Shown: positions 1 to 13,958 of the stretch, one piece after another
Layout: every line of letters begins with the position of its first letter
Position numbering within the stretch: position 1 is the first letter of the stretch
NCBI RefSeq assembly: GCF_963506605.1
Contig: NC_083280.1
Location: forward strand, 30,070,001 to 30,134,000
Direction of reading: 5' to 3'
From: Zootoca vivipara
Taxonomy: Eukaryota
DNA length: 64,000 nt
Made by a program: the position numbers and the translations under genes
Notes under the pieces: generated by a model
Databases searched by the model: none
What the model was told of the DNA's origin: nothing
What the model saw: the letters and a program-made list of their open reading frames with translations, nothing else

Positions 1-234
1 TTGGTCAATGCTGGTGATTTTAGAAGAGGTGAGAATGGTGAAATGTGAACTGACTTGACATGTAGCGGGCGGTGAGTGCATGTGCTACAGCAGTAAAAGT
101 TTAGGGAAATGATATTTTCAGAATCTTTTTTAAAAATGCAATTCTCTCTCTCTCTCTTAAAGCACTCTTCACATTTTGGAGGTTGCTTCTTATTTTAGCA
201 ACATAAAATGTGTTATGTGTAACTTGATACACCC

Positions 235-2170
235 TAGAATCATAGAGTTGGAAGAGACCACAAGGGCCATCTAGTCCAACCCCCTGCCAAGCAGGAAACA
301 CCATCAAAGCATTCTTGACATATGCCTGTCAAGCCTCTGCTTAAAGACCTCCAAAGAAGGAGACTCCACCACACTCCTTGGTAGCAAATCCCACTGCCGA
401 ACAGCTCTTACTATCAGGAAGTTCTTCCTAATGTTCAGGTGGAATCTTCTTTCTTGTAGTTTGAATCCATTGCTTCGTGTCCGCTTCTCTGGAGCAGCAG
501 AAAACAACCTTTCTCCCTCCTCTATATGACATCATTTTATATATTTGAACATGGCTATCATATCACCCCTTAACCTTCTCTTCTCCAGGCTAAACATACC
601 CAGCTCCCTAAGCCGTTCCTCATAAGGCATCGTTTCCAGGCCTTTGACCATTTTGGTTGCCCTCTTCTGGACACGTTCCAGCTTGTCAGTATCCTTCTTG
701 AACTGTAGTGCCCAGAACTGGACACAGTACTCCAGGTGAGGTCTGACCAGAGCAGAATACAGTGGTACTATTACTTCCCTTGATCTAGATCAGACATCCC
801 CAGACTTCGGCCCTCCAGATGTTTTGGACTACAATTCCCATCATCCCTGACAACTGGTCCTCTTAGCTAGGAATCATGGGAGTTGTAGGCCAAAACATCT
901 GGAGGGCCGCAGTTTGGGGATGCCTGATCTAGATGCTATACTCCTATTGATGCAGGCCAGAATTGCATTGGCTTTTTTAGCTGCTGCATCACACTGTTGA
1001 CTCATGTCAAGTTTGTGGTCTACCAAGACTCCTAAATCCTTTTCACATGTACTGCTCTCAAGCCAGGTGTCTCCCATCCTGTATTTGTGCCTTTCATTTT
1101 TTTTGCCCAAGTGTAGTACCTTACATTTCTCCTTGTTAAAATTCATCTTGTTTGCTTTGGTCCAGTTGTCTAATCTGTTAAGGTCATTTAGAAGTGTTAT
1201 CCTGTCCTCTGGGATATTAGCCACCCCTCCCAATTTGGTGTTGTCTGCAAACTTGCTCAGGATGCCCTCAAGCCCATCATCCAAGTCATTGATAAAGATG
1301 TTGAATAAGACTGGGCCCAAGACAGAACCCTGTGGCACCCCACTAGTCACTACTCTCCAGGATGAGGAGGAGCCATTGATGAGCACCCTTTGGGATCGGT
1401 CAGTCAGCCAGTTTCAAATCCACTGAATGGTAGCATTGTCTAGCCCACATTTTACCAGCTTTACAAGAATATCATGGGGCACCTTGTCAAAGGCCTTGCT
1501 GAAATCAAGATATGCTACATCCACAGCATTCCCTTCATCTACCAGGCTTGTAATTCTGTCAAAAAAAAATGAGATCAGATTAGTCTGACATGACTTATTT
1601 TTCAGAAACCCATGCTGACTTTTAGTGATCACAGCGTTTCTTTCTAGCTGCTCACAGACCGTTTGCTTAATGATCTGCTCTAGAATCTTTCCTGGTATTG
1701 ATGTCAGGCTGACTGGGCGGTAATTGTTTTGGTCCTCTCATTTCCCCTTTTTGAAAATAGGAACAACATTTGCCCTCCTCCAGTCTGCTGGAACTTCACC
1801 TGTTCTCCAGGAATTTTCAAAGATTATTCCGCCAGTTCTTTTAATACTCTTGGATGTAGTTCATCTGGCCCTGGAGACTTGAATACAGTACATCTAAACT
1901 AGCCAAGTATTCTTGTACTACCTCCTTCCTTATTCTGGGCTGTGTTTCCCCTGCTGAATCATCTGCTCCATATTCTTCAGGTCGGGCATTGTTTTCTTTT
2001 TTGGAGAAGACTGAGGCAAAGAAGGCATTGAGGAGTTCTGCCCTTTCTCTGCCCCCTGCTCGTATTTCACCATCTTCTCCTCTAAGTGATCCCACTGTTT
2101 CCTTGTTCTTCCTTTTGCTACGGACATACTCATAAAAGCCCTTTTTGTTGCTTTTAACCTCTCTAGCAAG
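235..2170 (-). mobile_element. CR1 LINE, 5'-truncated, degenerate RT
   Basis: ORF fragments SGVPQGSVLGP, FADNTKLGG, LDFSKAFDKVPH and FHLNIRKNFL; CR1 3' tail (ATTCTATG-like repeats) at the left end. Confidence 0.92.
791..926. mobile_element. hAT-type MITE nested in CR1
   Basis: Near-palindromic with CAG..CTG ends; 8-bp TSD atctagat (783-790 / 927-934). Confidence 0.9.
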
Positions 2171-3597
2171 TTATCAGTTTTTGTATATTGAAAGTTCAGT
2201 TTATGGGACAATAGTTACAAATTTGTTTTTAAAAGTATTTGATACAAATGGAGCTACAAGCTGTTGAAACCTAGCATCTCTTTGGTTTTTCTGCTTTATG
2301 AGAAGCAGGCAAAAAACAATAAAAACAAACTATTTGCATTATAGTAAAATAAACTATTATTTTTGGAAAATTATTATGACTCTCATTATTAAGCAGCCAT
2401 AAGGCATTTGTTTATATAAACAGGACTGAGAAAAAGAGGAGAAAGGGAACAAAACTCAGTAAATACATCATGATATTTAGTTAGTCTCTGTGCTATTGCT
2501 ATCACTTTCTGTTCTTCATAGTTGTCTTCCTATTTATCATGGACTTCTAAAGACTGAAGGTTATCTCAGATTGAAACAAGCTTTTATCCTTGCACATGTC
2601 AGTTTATTTCTCGATTTAATGTTTATCCAAACATAGACCATTTTCTTCAACATGCTGTGGAAGATGGAGGAATCTGATGTAGGTGAGAAACAAGAGAAGT
2701 CAGAGGCTGTATTGTGCAAAAGGCCTTGCCACCATGTTACATGTGGGATATGTTTGGCAGAATCCCAGAGTGCATTCCTTGGCCAAATACCTGAAGATGT
2801 TCTGTGCTTTGCAACATTTGAAAGTACCTATCCGTAAATCTGCAGCCTGTTTTGTAATCCAGTCAAATGCAGAAGCAGTGCTATATCATTTACATTTCTA
2901 CCTTTGACTCTTGGATCTGACAGTTTTGCAACAATATGAACTTGATGGCAACAAAATTATGTTGCTCTGTACTTTCTCCCACTCCTTTGAGACATAGTGA
3001 AGACGACAGAAACAGATCCACCAGCTATGCCAACAAGAGGAAAGCACAATCAAATAATGCATTGACTCCTTTCTTTCCTTGTGACAATGGCATTGCCCTT
3101 CAAGAATTGGAATGCACCTTGCTCTTGCATTTGAAAATTATACTCTCAGTATACTACGCAGGACTTGCTTGTCCTCCAGTGTACAGGAATTGTGATGATC
3201 TAATTCTGTACATAAAACTTTTTGTTATACGGTTTTAGAAATAATTTTAGATTAGTGAAGTATGAATGCCTTGTCTTAAACATTTTGTTCATTATTTTAA
3301 AGCAAAATATTTTACAAGCCAAAAGAAATTAATTCTTTTGGGAACCTACCCCCAAAGGTTTCAGGGGTTCAGGCTTTCCTCTTTAATTTTTCTGTTTTTT
3401 CTTGGGCTTTCACAAATATAGCATGTGCTCATATACATAGCAGAAAATAATGTCTGTTCAACATTTGTTTTATTTATACTCTGTATCGGAAAATGTGCAT
3501 GCACACAGCCTGATTCATGCCCATCTCTGGTTAAAAAGCCTATTTTCTTAGTCTGTGTGGTAATGTCAAATTTTTGCCATAATCCAGCTTTCTAGGG

Positions 3598-3730
3598 TAC
3601 GGTTACCAGATTTTTTTTCAATGAATCCTGGGACACATTTCAACTTCCTACTAAATAGATGGATTTTATCAGGGACTGATTTGTAAATCCGGGAACTGTC
3701 TCCGGGAAACAGGGACGTCTGGTAACCTTA
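3598..3730. mobile_element. hAT-type MITE
   Basis: 13-bp TIR ta(c/a)ggttaccaga; 8-bp TSD ttctaggg (3590-3597 / 3731-3738). Confidence 0.85.
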
Positions 3731-4202
3731 TTCTAGGGTTAACACTTGACTTCACCCCCGGAGGCGCACTGCTGTCTCTCAAGACAGATGGATGCCAACA
3801 ACAACTAAAGAGGCTCTGATCACTTTAATATATGGTAGCTGAACTCATTGATTTATAATAAAATAATAATTTTATGTTACATCCATGTGGTTGCTATCCC
3901 TCATTTCTCTTCCTCTGGCATGGTCATGCAGAGGTTATAAGAAGCATTTGTTTCTGTTTCAACTAACCATGGTTTGTTATGTCTGAATAGGGAGCTACAA
4001 TCCAAGCCAGGATCTATTATTTTAAGTCTTTCTGCACAGATAAACTATGATTTAAATTAGCCACAGTTCATTCCAGTACTGACCTAGACAAATTGTGGTT
4101 GGTTAGGTGAAAACAGAAGCAGTTGCTTCCATTCTCCTTTTAGTTGCTCCAGGTGAGGAAACGGGAGAATAATGCATGCACTCATGGCTCACCCAAGCAC
4201 AT

Positions 4203-4351
4203 GGACTTCTGTTTCAGTGTATCTGAAGAAGTGTGCATGCACACAAAATCTCATACCAATAACAAACTTAGTTGGTCTCTAAGGTGCCATTGGAAGGAAT
4301 TTTTTTATTTTGTTTCGACTACGGCAGACCAACACGGCTACCTACCTTTAA
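4203..4351 (+). mobile_element. Penelope-like terminal repeat remnant with a degenerate hammerhead (4219-4256)
   Basis: gtat-CTGAAGA-a-gtgtgcatgcacac-AAAA-tctc-atac, ending acggctacctacct; 10-bp direct repeat ccaagcacat (4193-4202 / 4352-4361). Confidence 0.75.
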
Positions 4352-5389
4352 CCAAGCACATTACTGTAGTATGAAACTTAGCATTGTGTCAGAACCCAAG
4401 CTATCGTGTGCAGGGTTTTGATTTTTACAACAAACAGTATGACTCATTTAGCACATTAAGATTAAAAATATTTGGTTTCTTCACTTAGATAAGATATCTA
4501 TCTGTCTATCTATCATCTATCTATCATCATCTGTAGCATAGTGTTTGTACCTTGTTTGAGCTAGAGGTGGTATTTTCTTTTTTACATATAAGCAGAAATA
4601 ATAAAATAATATAATAAAAATACAGAAAGTGTAGACTTAGTCATAATATACAAGTGTTTCTGTCAAATTGATCACTAGCTCCACTTGTAAGTGGAGTAAG
4701 CCTCTGCGTCTTTTTTCATCCTCCCCAATTCATCCAACACAGCATTAGTAGCCAGGAAATTTGTAACTGGAAGTTCTATCATACCTGCTTAAATACTACT
4801 TCAGGGCAGTCTTGCTGCTTTCTTTGGACTTCAAAACATTTGTTTTGTAAAAGGAATGGTGGTTCCTGGAAAAACAATGTCATGAAAGCTTTTCCTATCT
4901 GCATGTTTTAACAGTGAGTAGCTTATTGCTATGCAGTTTTGGTCCCACTTAATACAAGCACCCGTCGTCCCTTTCTGCTATATCATATTGTCTGATTCAA
5001 AACAGCTGTATACAAATGGGAATTTGTAAGTTAAACATTTGACCGGTCAAAACGGTCTTTGAGTTGACTAGTTAAATATTGACCCAAGCCATTTCCTTGG
5101 CATATATTTTTGGATAAACATGTTTGCCACTGCTGAATTCTGAAGTAGTTTCTATTTGGCTCTGATCATTATACAAAACTAGAATGGAAACGGGTTCAAA
5201 TTAATTGGTGGAAATGCAACAGGTAATGTGTCCAATATGAGATAGAGCAGGCAGTCTTTCACTAGATGGAATTTCCTTCAAATTGAGGTTGCATCTTTCT
5301 GCCTTAAAATGCTTTTAAGTGGATGGGGGGGAAAGTGTAGTATAGAGTTTCTCCCAAATTTCTAAGTTCAAATTTAGTGTACTGTAGGG

Positions 5390-5525
5390 CAGTGTTTCCC
5401 AACCTTGTGCCTCCAGATGTTTTGGGACTACAACTCCCATCATCCCTAGCTAGCAAGACCAGTGGTCAGGAATGATGGGAATTGTAGTCCGAAAACAGCT
5501 GGAGGCACAAGGTTGGGAAACACTG
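5390..5525. mobile_element. hAT-type MITE
   Basis: TIR cagtgtttcccaaccttgtgcctccag; TSD ctgtaggg (5382-5389 / 5526-5533). Confidence 0.9.
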
Positions 5526-5782
5526 CTGTAGGGAATGCTTTTTGATTATAACTTTCCTGTCTGTTAAGATTAGCCAGTAAAATTCTGTTGGGCCCTCATA
5601 TCTTCCAGAAGTTGAACTGTGGATAGATAGGATAGGGCCTCTTCTGTAGTGGTATTGCAATTCTGGAGCCAATTCCTGACAGAGACCAGCTTCGATCCTT
5701 CATTGTGTACTTTTAGCCAATCAGTGAAAATAATTTTATTCTGACACGTTTGGAAGCTAGTATGATGTGCTTCTTTAGCTAT

Positions 5783-6095
5783 TCATAGAATCCTAGAACT
5801 GTAGAGTTGGAAGGGACTCCATGGGTCATCTAGTTGAACCCCCTGCTATGCAGGAATCTCAGCTAAAGCATCAATAGCAGATGGCCATCCAACCTCTGCT
5901 TAAACACCTCCAATGAGAGAGAGTCCACCACATCCGTTCCGCTGTCAAACTGCTCTTATCATGAGAAAGTTAACAGAATCTAATTTCTTGTAATTAGAGC
6001 CATTGGCTCGTGTCCTTCCCTCTGGAGCAGGAGAAAACAAGCTTGCTCCATCTTCTATGTGATAGCCCTTTAGAAATTTGATAGCTACTATATCT
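5783..6095 (-). mobile_element. CR1 LINE 3' fragment
   Basis: Similar to the 3' end of the CR1 at 235-560. Confidence 0.8.
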
Positions 6096-7332
6096 CTGCT
6101 GTTTGTTTTGTCAAGATACATTGGTTGCATAAAAGTATTTGTATTCATTTCACTGTACAATTTTGATTTTGTTATCATTTTATCTTGACTTCCTTGAATT
6201 GGAGATACTGAACAAATAATTTAAAAAGTGAAGGGACTCAAATCTGTTCAGAAGTGATGCAGTGGCCCAGTTCAAATGATGGTGTTACTGCTTTATAAGG
6301 TGAGATACAAACAAGCCGGTTCAAACAGTCCATTTGTTCCTCCCTTTTCAGCACACCTGAATGCAATGCAGAAGTTTCTATAGTTTTCTGTTTTGCATAA
6401 ACTGGGCACCATGGTTATCAGTTTTAGGACAAGCCAGAATCCTAAAACATGATCAAAACCTGTCTTAATGCATTGCCTTTTGATTTTTGCCTTTTTGGAA
6501 AGCTACTACGTACATAGTTCCCAGTTTGCACATAACTGCTCCGTTCTTTCACCGGTTTTGCACATGGAAGAGCAGCAAGGTTATGAGTAGGTGTATGAAT
6601 CTCTTACATCTTATGGCTTATTAAAGCCAGGGTTTGATTGTGTGTACTGGGTTCATTGGTTCAAGTTAGACTTTTGGCTGCTTCTGAAACTGAAAATGAT
6701 AGCTTCCTATTTGTATGAAATTGTGATTTGTGGTTAACTAGGGACTTCTTGGTTCAGTTGCTGCTTGGGCAGAAAGCTTGATTATATATTGGCTTAGTAA
6801 GATGAGAGATGGTTCTCTCTCCCAACGGATAAACTTTTAAAAAAAATTATTATAACCTGCATTGTTCATGTTTTAATTTTTTTTGCCAACTTTGCAGTCC
6901 TAACACATAATTGAGAATAGCATTAGTATTGCAAAATGATCAGTGATTTAGAATCATTTTGGAGATTGAACTATTAGGCTACTTGATAGTATAGTGATGA
7001 GACAGCCATTTCAATATAGTTTTGAAGAGTAATGTTATGAGAATTGTGTATTATTGAAATAATTGGAAATATGCCTAAATCAGCAGTGAAGGATTTCCTA
7101 AAAACATCAAGCTATACCTGGAAGTCATTGTAGCTGGTTATGCTTATTATTAACATATTTATGTATTACTGGAGTATGAATGATGACTCTGTTAACTGAG
7201 GTGGCTGAGGATTTTTGCTTTAATCTATGATTTATCATTAAACAATTGGATTTCATACGTAAATAAAAATCCCTCCTATTAATTTCACTTACTAAAGCAT
7301 TTGTAAAGGATTACATTAATGATTTGTCCAGA

Positions 7333-7537
7333 TTACAGGTAGGTAGCCGTGTTGGTCTGAGTCGAAGCAAAATAAAAAAATTCCTTCAGTAGCACCTTAA
7401 AGACCAACTAAGTTTTTATTTTGGTATGAGCTTTCGTGTGCATGTGTATCTGAAGAAGTGTGCATGCACACGAAAGCTCATACCAAAATAAAAACTTAGT
7501 TGGTCTTTAAGGTGCTACTGAAGGAATTTTTTTATTT
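7333..7537. mobile_element. Penelope-like inverted terminal-repeat insertion
   Basis: Perfect 77-bp inverted repeat (7368-7444 / 7463-7539); 13-bp direct repeat tgatttgtccaga (7320-7332 / 7538-7550). Confidence 0.8.
7446..7483 (+). ncRNA. Minimal type I hammerhead ribozyme motif, intact core
   Basis: Stem I GUAU/AUAC, core CUGAAGA, extra A, stem II GUGUGC-AU-GCACAC, GAAA, palindromic AGCU helix III remnant, UC cleavage site (after 7479). Confidence 0.75.
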
Positions 7538-8059
7538 TGATTTGTCCAGAGTTATACCTTTATCAAGGTATAACAAGGTTTACTACGTTACTAATTTTGC
7601 ATGTGTAAATTATCTAATATGTCTTGCTTTTCTTACTTTGTTACCCTACTTTTCAGCCAAGGTTGTGTCCCAGATAAATAGAGTAGTTGATAATGTGAAA
7701 GTATAAAAACATTTAGCTTCCCTTTAAGTGTATTTGAGACATTTATATTGCCAGAGGCATGTTTCGGTAAGCAAAAAACAAATGATTCAGCAATGACTCA
7801 GATCAGTAGCTTTTGTTACACATTGGACTGGTAATTCACAGTAAGCTAAACACCTGATAGCACCAGCAGTGCAAGGCTCACTGGTACAGTAATATGCATG
7901 ATAGTGTGGGGGAGGGAAAATTGCAGTGATACTTAAATATATTTCCGGTGAGATCCTATAGTCTAGTGAAACTGAGATGGTTACTTTGGCATCATAATTA
8001 CTCAGTGATTGGTAGTTTGTAGCTGAATTTGTGAACTGATTCCTCTGGAAAAGGTTGTA

Positions 8060-8286
8060 CAGTCGTACTTCTACTTACGTATCCCTCTGGATATGGAATC
8101 CTCGGGTTACAGCCACGACAAACCTGGAACTGTATACTTCCGGGTTTCGCCTCGCGCACATGTGCAGGAGCGCTCAATTGTGCCACACGTGTGTACAGAA
8201 GCGCGCCTCTATTTATGTTTTTTTGGGGGGGTGAACGGACCCCCCGGAACGAATTAAGTTCAAGTTCATATCCGGAGGGTCCACTG
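8060..8286. mobile_element. Tc1/mariner-pogo (Tigger-like) MITE
   Basis: ta|cagt...actg|ta ends, TA TSD. Confidence 0.7.
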
Positions 8287-8421
8287 TATTTGAAGTGATA
8301 TAAAAGTTCTGTTTTTGTGCTGGCTTACTTATGTTTGCAAGACAACAGCAGTCATCAAGTGATAATAAAATGTGTGAATCAGTGATGTGTGTTGCAAAGA
8401 AGAAATGTCTGATATCTTACA

Positions 8422-8443
8422 GATGATGATGATGATGATGATG

Positions 8444-8475
<32 letters not shown>

Positions 8476-10250
8476 TTATTATTTATACCTCGCCCATCTG
8501 TCTGGGTTTCCCCAGCCATTCTGGGTGGCTTCCAACAGAAAAATAAAATAAAATAATTGATTAAACATTAAAAACCTCCCTAAACAGGGCTGCCTTCAGA
8601 TGTCCTCTAGAAGTCTGGTAGTTATTTTTCTTTTTAACATCTGGTGGGAGGGCATTCCACAGGGTGGGTGCCACTACCGAGAAGGCCCTCTGCCTGGTTC
8701 CCTGTAACCTCACCTTGCATTAAGGGAACCGCCAAAAGGCCCTCGGCACTGGACCTCCGGGTCCGGGCTGAATGATGGAGGTGAAGACGCTTCTTCAGGT
8801 ATATTGGGCCAAAGCCATTTAGGGCTTTAAAGGTCAGCACCAACACTTTGATTTGTGCTCAGAAATGTACTGGGAGCCAATGTTGGTGTTTCAGGACCGG
8901 TGTAATATTGTCTTGACGGCCACTCCCAGTCACCAGTCTAGCTGCTGCATTCTGGATTAGTTGTCGTTTCCGGGTCACCTTCAAAGGTAGCCCCACATAG
9001 AGTGCATTGCAGTAGTCCAAGCGAGAGATAACTAGAGCATGCACCACTCTGGCGAGACAGTCTGCCAGGCAGGTAGGGTCTCAGCCTGCATACCAGATGG
9101 AGCTGATAAACAGCTGCCCTGGATACAAAATTAACCTGTGCCTCCATGGACAGCTGTGAGTCCAAAATGACTCCCAGGCTGCGCACCTGGTCCTTCAGGG
9201 GCACAGTTACCCCATTCAGGACCAGGGAGTCCCCCACACCTGCCTGCCTCCTGTCCCCCCACAAACAGTACTTCTGTCTTGTCAGGATTCAACCTCAATC
9301 TGTTAGCCGCCATCCAACCTCCAACTGTCTCCAGACACACACACAGGACCTTCTCTGGTTCTGATTTGAAAGAGAGGTAGAGCTGGGTATCATCCGCATA
9401 CTGATGAACACCCAGCCCAAACCCCCTGATGATCTCTCCCAACGGCTGCATATAGATGTTAAAAAGCATGGGGGAGAGGACAGAACCCTGAGGCACCCCA
9501 CAAGTGAGAGCCCAGGGGTCTGAGCACTCATCCCCCACCACCACTTTCTGAACACGGCCCAGGAGGAAGGAGCAGAACCACTGTATGACAGTGCCCCCAG
9601 CTCCCAACCCCTCTACACAGTCCAGAAGGATCTTATGGTTGATGGTGTCAAAAGCCGCTGAGAGATCCAGCAGAACTAGGAAACAGCTCTCACCTTTGTC
9701 CCTAGCCCACTGGAGATCATCAACCAGTGCGACCAAGTTTCAGTCCCATGATGAAGCCTGAATCCCGACTGGAAGGGATCCAAATGATCAGCTTCTTCCA
9801 GGCGTGCCTGGAGTTGTTCAGCAACCACTCGCTCAATCACCTTGCCCAAGAATGGAAGATTTGAGACTGGGTGATAATTGGCCATATTGGCTGCATCTAA
9901 AGATGTTTTTTTAAGAAGCGGTTTAATAACCGCCTCTTTCAGCGGGTGTGGGAAGGTTCCATCACAAAGAGAAGCATTCACCACCCTGCAAAGTCCATCA
10001 CCCAGCCCTTCCCGGCTAGCTTTTATAAGCCATGATGGGCAAGGATCAAGGAGACAGGTGGTTGGTTTCACTCGTCCAAGCAGCTTGTCTACATCCTCAG
10101 AGGTAACAGATTGAAATTGATCCCACACAATTTGACTAGACAGGACTCTAGCACTCCCTCGCCCCAGCCCTGCTCCCACAGTAGAGTCTACCTCTTCCCG
10201 AATCTGAGCGACTTTATCTGCAAAAAACTTTGCAAAATCATTGCAGGAGA
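8422..10250 (-). mobile_element. L2-clade LINE, 5'-truncated, with (GAT)n(AAT)n tail at the left end
   Basis: ORF fragments PVSNLPFLGKVIERVV, DPFQSGFR, LLDLSAAFDT, QYADDTQLY, SRLDYCNALY. Confidence 0.9.
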
Positions 10251-10431
10251 TTTTTGTGCAGTGTGAAGATATGTTAATACAAAGTGCTGGAAAATTAGTC
10301 ATGTATCTGGTATCAGGCTTGACTCACCTGTCAGCTTGGAACAGATCTTCTGCTAATCACATATATTGGGGGTTATGAATGTGCAACAGTTTTGAAAGGG
10401 AAATAATTTTGAAACTTCCTAATCAGAGTAG

Positions 10432-10716
<285 letters not shown>

Positions 10717-12609
10717 TAGAAGAAACTCATTTCTACTTTAGGCATATGGCCGTCCTTAGAGAATTATACACAATATTCTGGTTACCTTATTATTGTTTTC
10801 CGCATGTTAGCAAATGCTGACGTTCTCTTCACACACAGTGAAACTGTTACTAGTAAAAACTTACTAGTAAAAACTATACACCTTTAATTTGTAGAATGTT
10901 CCTTCAGTCTTTCTTGTTTTTACATTCACAGCTATGTTATTCTTAAAGTAAGCCATACTAATTTAACAGGTGAGACTGAGACTAAAAATTATTATTCGCC
11001 AGAAAACAGAAGCTTCTAATTTCTTGTGCATGGAGGAAGAAGTATGGGAATCAGAACAGAGGCCACTTGTTTTTATAATGTCAAATCATTTTGGTGTTTC
11101 ATCTGAATGAAATCAGATTTCATTCAAACCCAGAAAAATGTAGTTTTCCCACAAACAAGTCGGGATTTGATCCTGGTCTGTGGGCAAACTCTGGTTTTCC
11201 AAATTTGTATAAAATGATGAATGATTGTTTATTGCAAACCAGAAATGAAAGCTTCTAATTTTGTTCTTCACATGGAGCAACGGGAAAAGGGAGGATGAAT
11301 GCTTGAGCCCAAGACTTGCAACACCAAACCTGGTTTGGCATATTGTTTGAATGGAACTATTGCCGTGGCTTGTTGTCATGAAGGTGAGCAGTGTGAGCCA
11401 GCGGCTAGGCACTCCCCTTTCACTTCACATGCATATGCAAATAGTGTAAAGGTGCCACAACTTTCAACATATTTTTTGTAATTTCTGAATACAAGAAACA
11501 GTGATTCATTCAAAACACAATTAGTGCAGCAGCTCAGGCTCTGAAACCTTGTTTAGTTTTACATTTGAACTGGATGATTGACTTGCTCAAGACCACATAC
11601 TTCTTCATTCCTGGCTAGCAGGTCCAGTGGTCAGAGATGATGGGAGTTGTAGCCCAACAAACAACTGGAGACCCAAGTTTGAGAAACCCTGGTTTAGTGA
11701 AACCTTTCATCTTTCACAGATGTTGGCTAACGCTTCATGGTTGGTGATGGAATAAAGCAGAGAACTCTTTCCTTTGGGGACCTAGGGCACATTTGGAATC
11801 AAAAAATGACTTCTAAAAGAGCAAAATAGAGACAGAACCACAAAATGCTGTAGGCACCCTCCCCCCCCCCACACACCACAAAAAAATCTGTGAGGTTCAA
11901 GGCACCTACCACAGCAAATGCCATGCTTGTTCACAGATAGAAAACTTTTCACACTGTTCTGAACAGGTAGCAAAGTGGGTGTCTAATTGTGGCATGTAAT
12001 TAAATGTGGACATGTTTAAGGGGACATGCTGAATGTTGGAGGGGCCAGGCCAGTGCAACCTGTTTCATGCATTATGGATTTTTAAAGGGGATATTTGTTG
12101 AGACCTATTATGGGCACCATGTAAGGTATACTGGCTGTCATACTAGTGTCCATGTTGGTGCCCTGACATAAAGACTGTGTCACAGAAGTAGCTGTGGTGA
12201 AAAAAAAGTGGTTGTCTGCTATTGGGTCTGGAAAGTGTCATCTACTAAAGTTGATTTTGGTGGTCAATAGCCTAGTGAATTAGAGCTGTCTTTGCCCATG
12301 GTGGTGACTGTGCCACCTATTGATATTGACTTGCTTTGGGACTGCTGTAACTAGTGTGAATGTAGCATTTTGGGTAATGGGAGTTTCAGGGCCTATTGCT
12401 GCAGAAGTATGGTTGGCTCAGCTCCATGTCTGGATCGCATTCTGCTGTGACAGTACTGGTGATAGGAAACAATCACAAGGAATGGATTGCTGACACAGCT
12501 ACTTCCTGTGTTAACATTGCAGCCATCTGGAAGTGACAGGCACACTTGTGATAGTCTTTGGTCATCAGTCTCGACTTGTTTGAATCTGTTTCATTTAGAC
12601 TAAATGAAA

Positions 12610-12904
12610 GTCAGCAAACCTTTTTCAGACGTTGTGGGGGGCCGGACTATGTTTTGAAAAATAAATAAATGAATGAATTCTTGTGCCCCACAAATGACCC
12701 AGAGATGCATTTTAAAGAAAAGCACACATTCTACTCATGTAAAAACACCAGGCAGGCCCCACAAATAACCCAGAGATGCATTTTAAAGAAAATGACACAT
12801 TCTACTCATGTAAAAATGTGCTGATTCCCGGACCGTCTGCGGGCCGAATTTAGAAGGCAGTTGAGCCAGATCCGGCCCCCGGGCCTTAGTTTGCCTGCCC
12901 ATGA
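12610..12904. mobile_element. hAT-type non-autonomous element with an internal ~70-bp duplication
   Basis: cagcaaacc...ggccgg subterminal motifs; duplicated cccacaaat..cccagagatgcattttaaagaaaa..cacattctactcatgtaaaaa; the same left end recurs at about 63970-64000. Confidence 0.65.
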
Positions 12905-13958
12905 TTTAGTCTTTCCTGAAAATGACAAAATATATTTGAGAATTCAAGGACAGATTTTGCACCTGTATATAAAACGCACTCAGCCTCAGATATGAATGAT
13001 TTATATGTGTTTAGGTTGCTTCCATTGTCAGGAAAAAAAGATAGAAGCAGGAACCAGACAATTCAGAAGCACACCTGGCCAACTTTTAGAAGCATTTCAA
13101 AATCTTTATTGTTTAGGCCTACTGTCAGAGATCAGGGCTAAACTGACAGAGAATTGGAGAATTTTTTAAAATAGAGTTTTTTCTAGTTCTTAACTTTTGT
13201 ATTGTTTCATTAATTTAGATGGGGGAAGGTTGTTGGGGGGGGGAAATAAACTTCGGGGTCCTCTGTTAGAGAAGGGCACTGCTGCAGCTTTGGGATTTGG
13301 GGAGGCCTTGTGTGTTTTCCTAATGCTGTCTTGGGCATTACAATACAAACCACCTTGATGCAGCCTTATGCATTTAATATTTGCTGCTTATATTGGGACA
13401 GGTCTGCCATATCCCTTTAGCATATCCCTTTAGCTCCACTCGTGTATACCTGTAAGTAATTGGTATACACATCACCCATGGAAAATCATAACTACATTGG
13501 TATAAAACCTTTAGGAACGATACTTTTAAAATGTTCCAAATGTGCTAACAATATCCTGTAAAGCAAGAGTTCAGTTAAGGGTCAGTTCAGGATACAGTAA
13601 TCGTCTGGGAAGATTAGTAAACTGCTACTTGCTAATCACTGTACTGTATACAATTTTAAATGCATGCATTCATGTTTGGAATACAAAGTTGTTACTGTTT
13701 GGAGTGGGATTTTTTTTTTTACTGTGGCACATACAGGAAGTATTCCTTTCAATTTGTTCTAATTTGTTTGCTGAATATCTTGACTCAGACACTGGTACTT
13801 TAAACGAAAATTATATAACCTAGTAAGAAAGTGAGCAATTATTGTTAAAAATCTATTCATGATTGTACTTGCTGGTTGTCATTATCTGCAAGCAGTGAAT
13901 GCAAAACTTAAAAGCAAATGAAAGAAAGCATGCAATTTTTGCATGAAGTATGAAATAA

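Noticed and set aside
874-10302. RT-like ORFs as functional genes
   Set aside because: Fragmented by frameshifts and nested insertions, 5'-truncated CR1 and L2 copies
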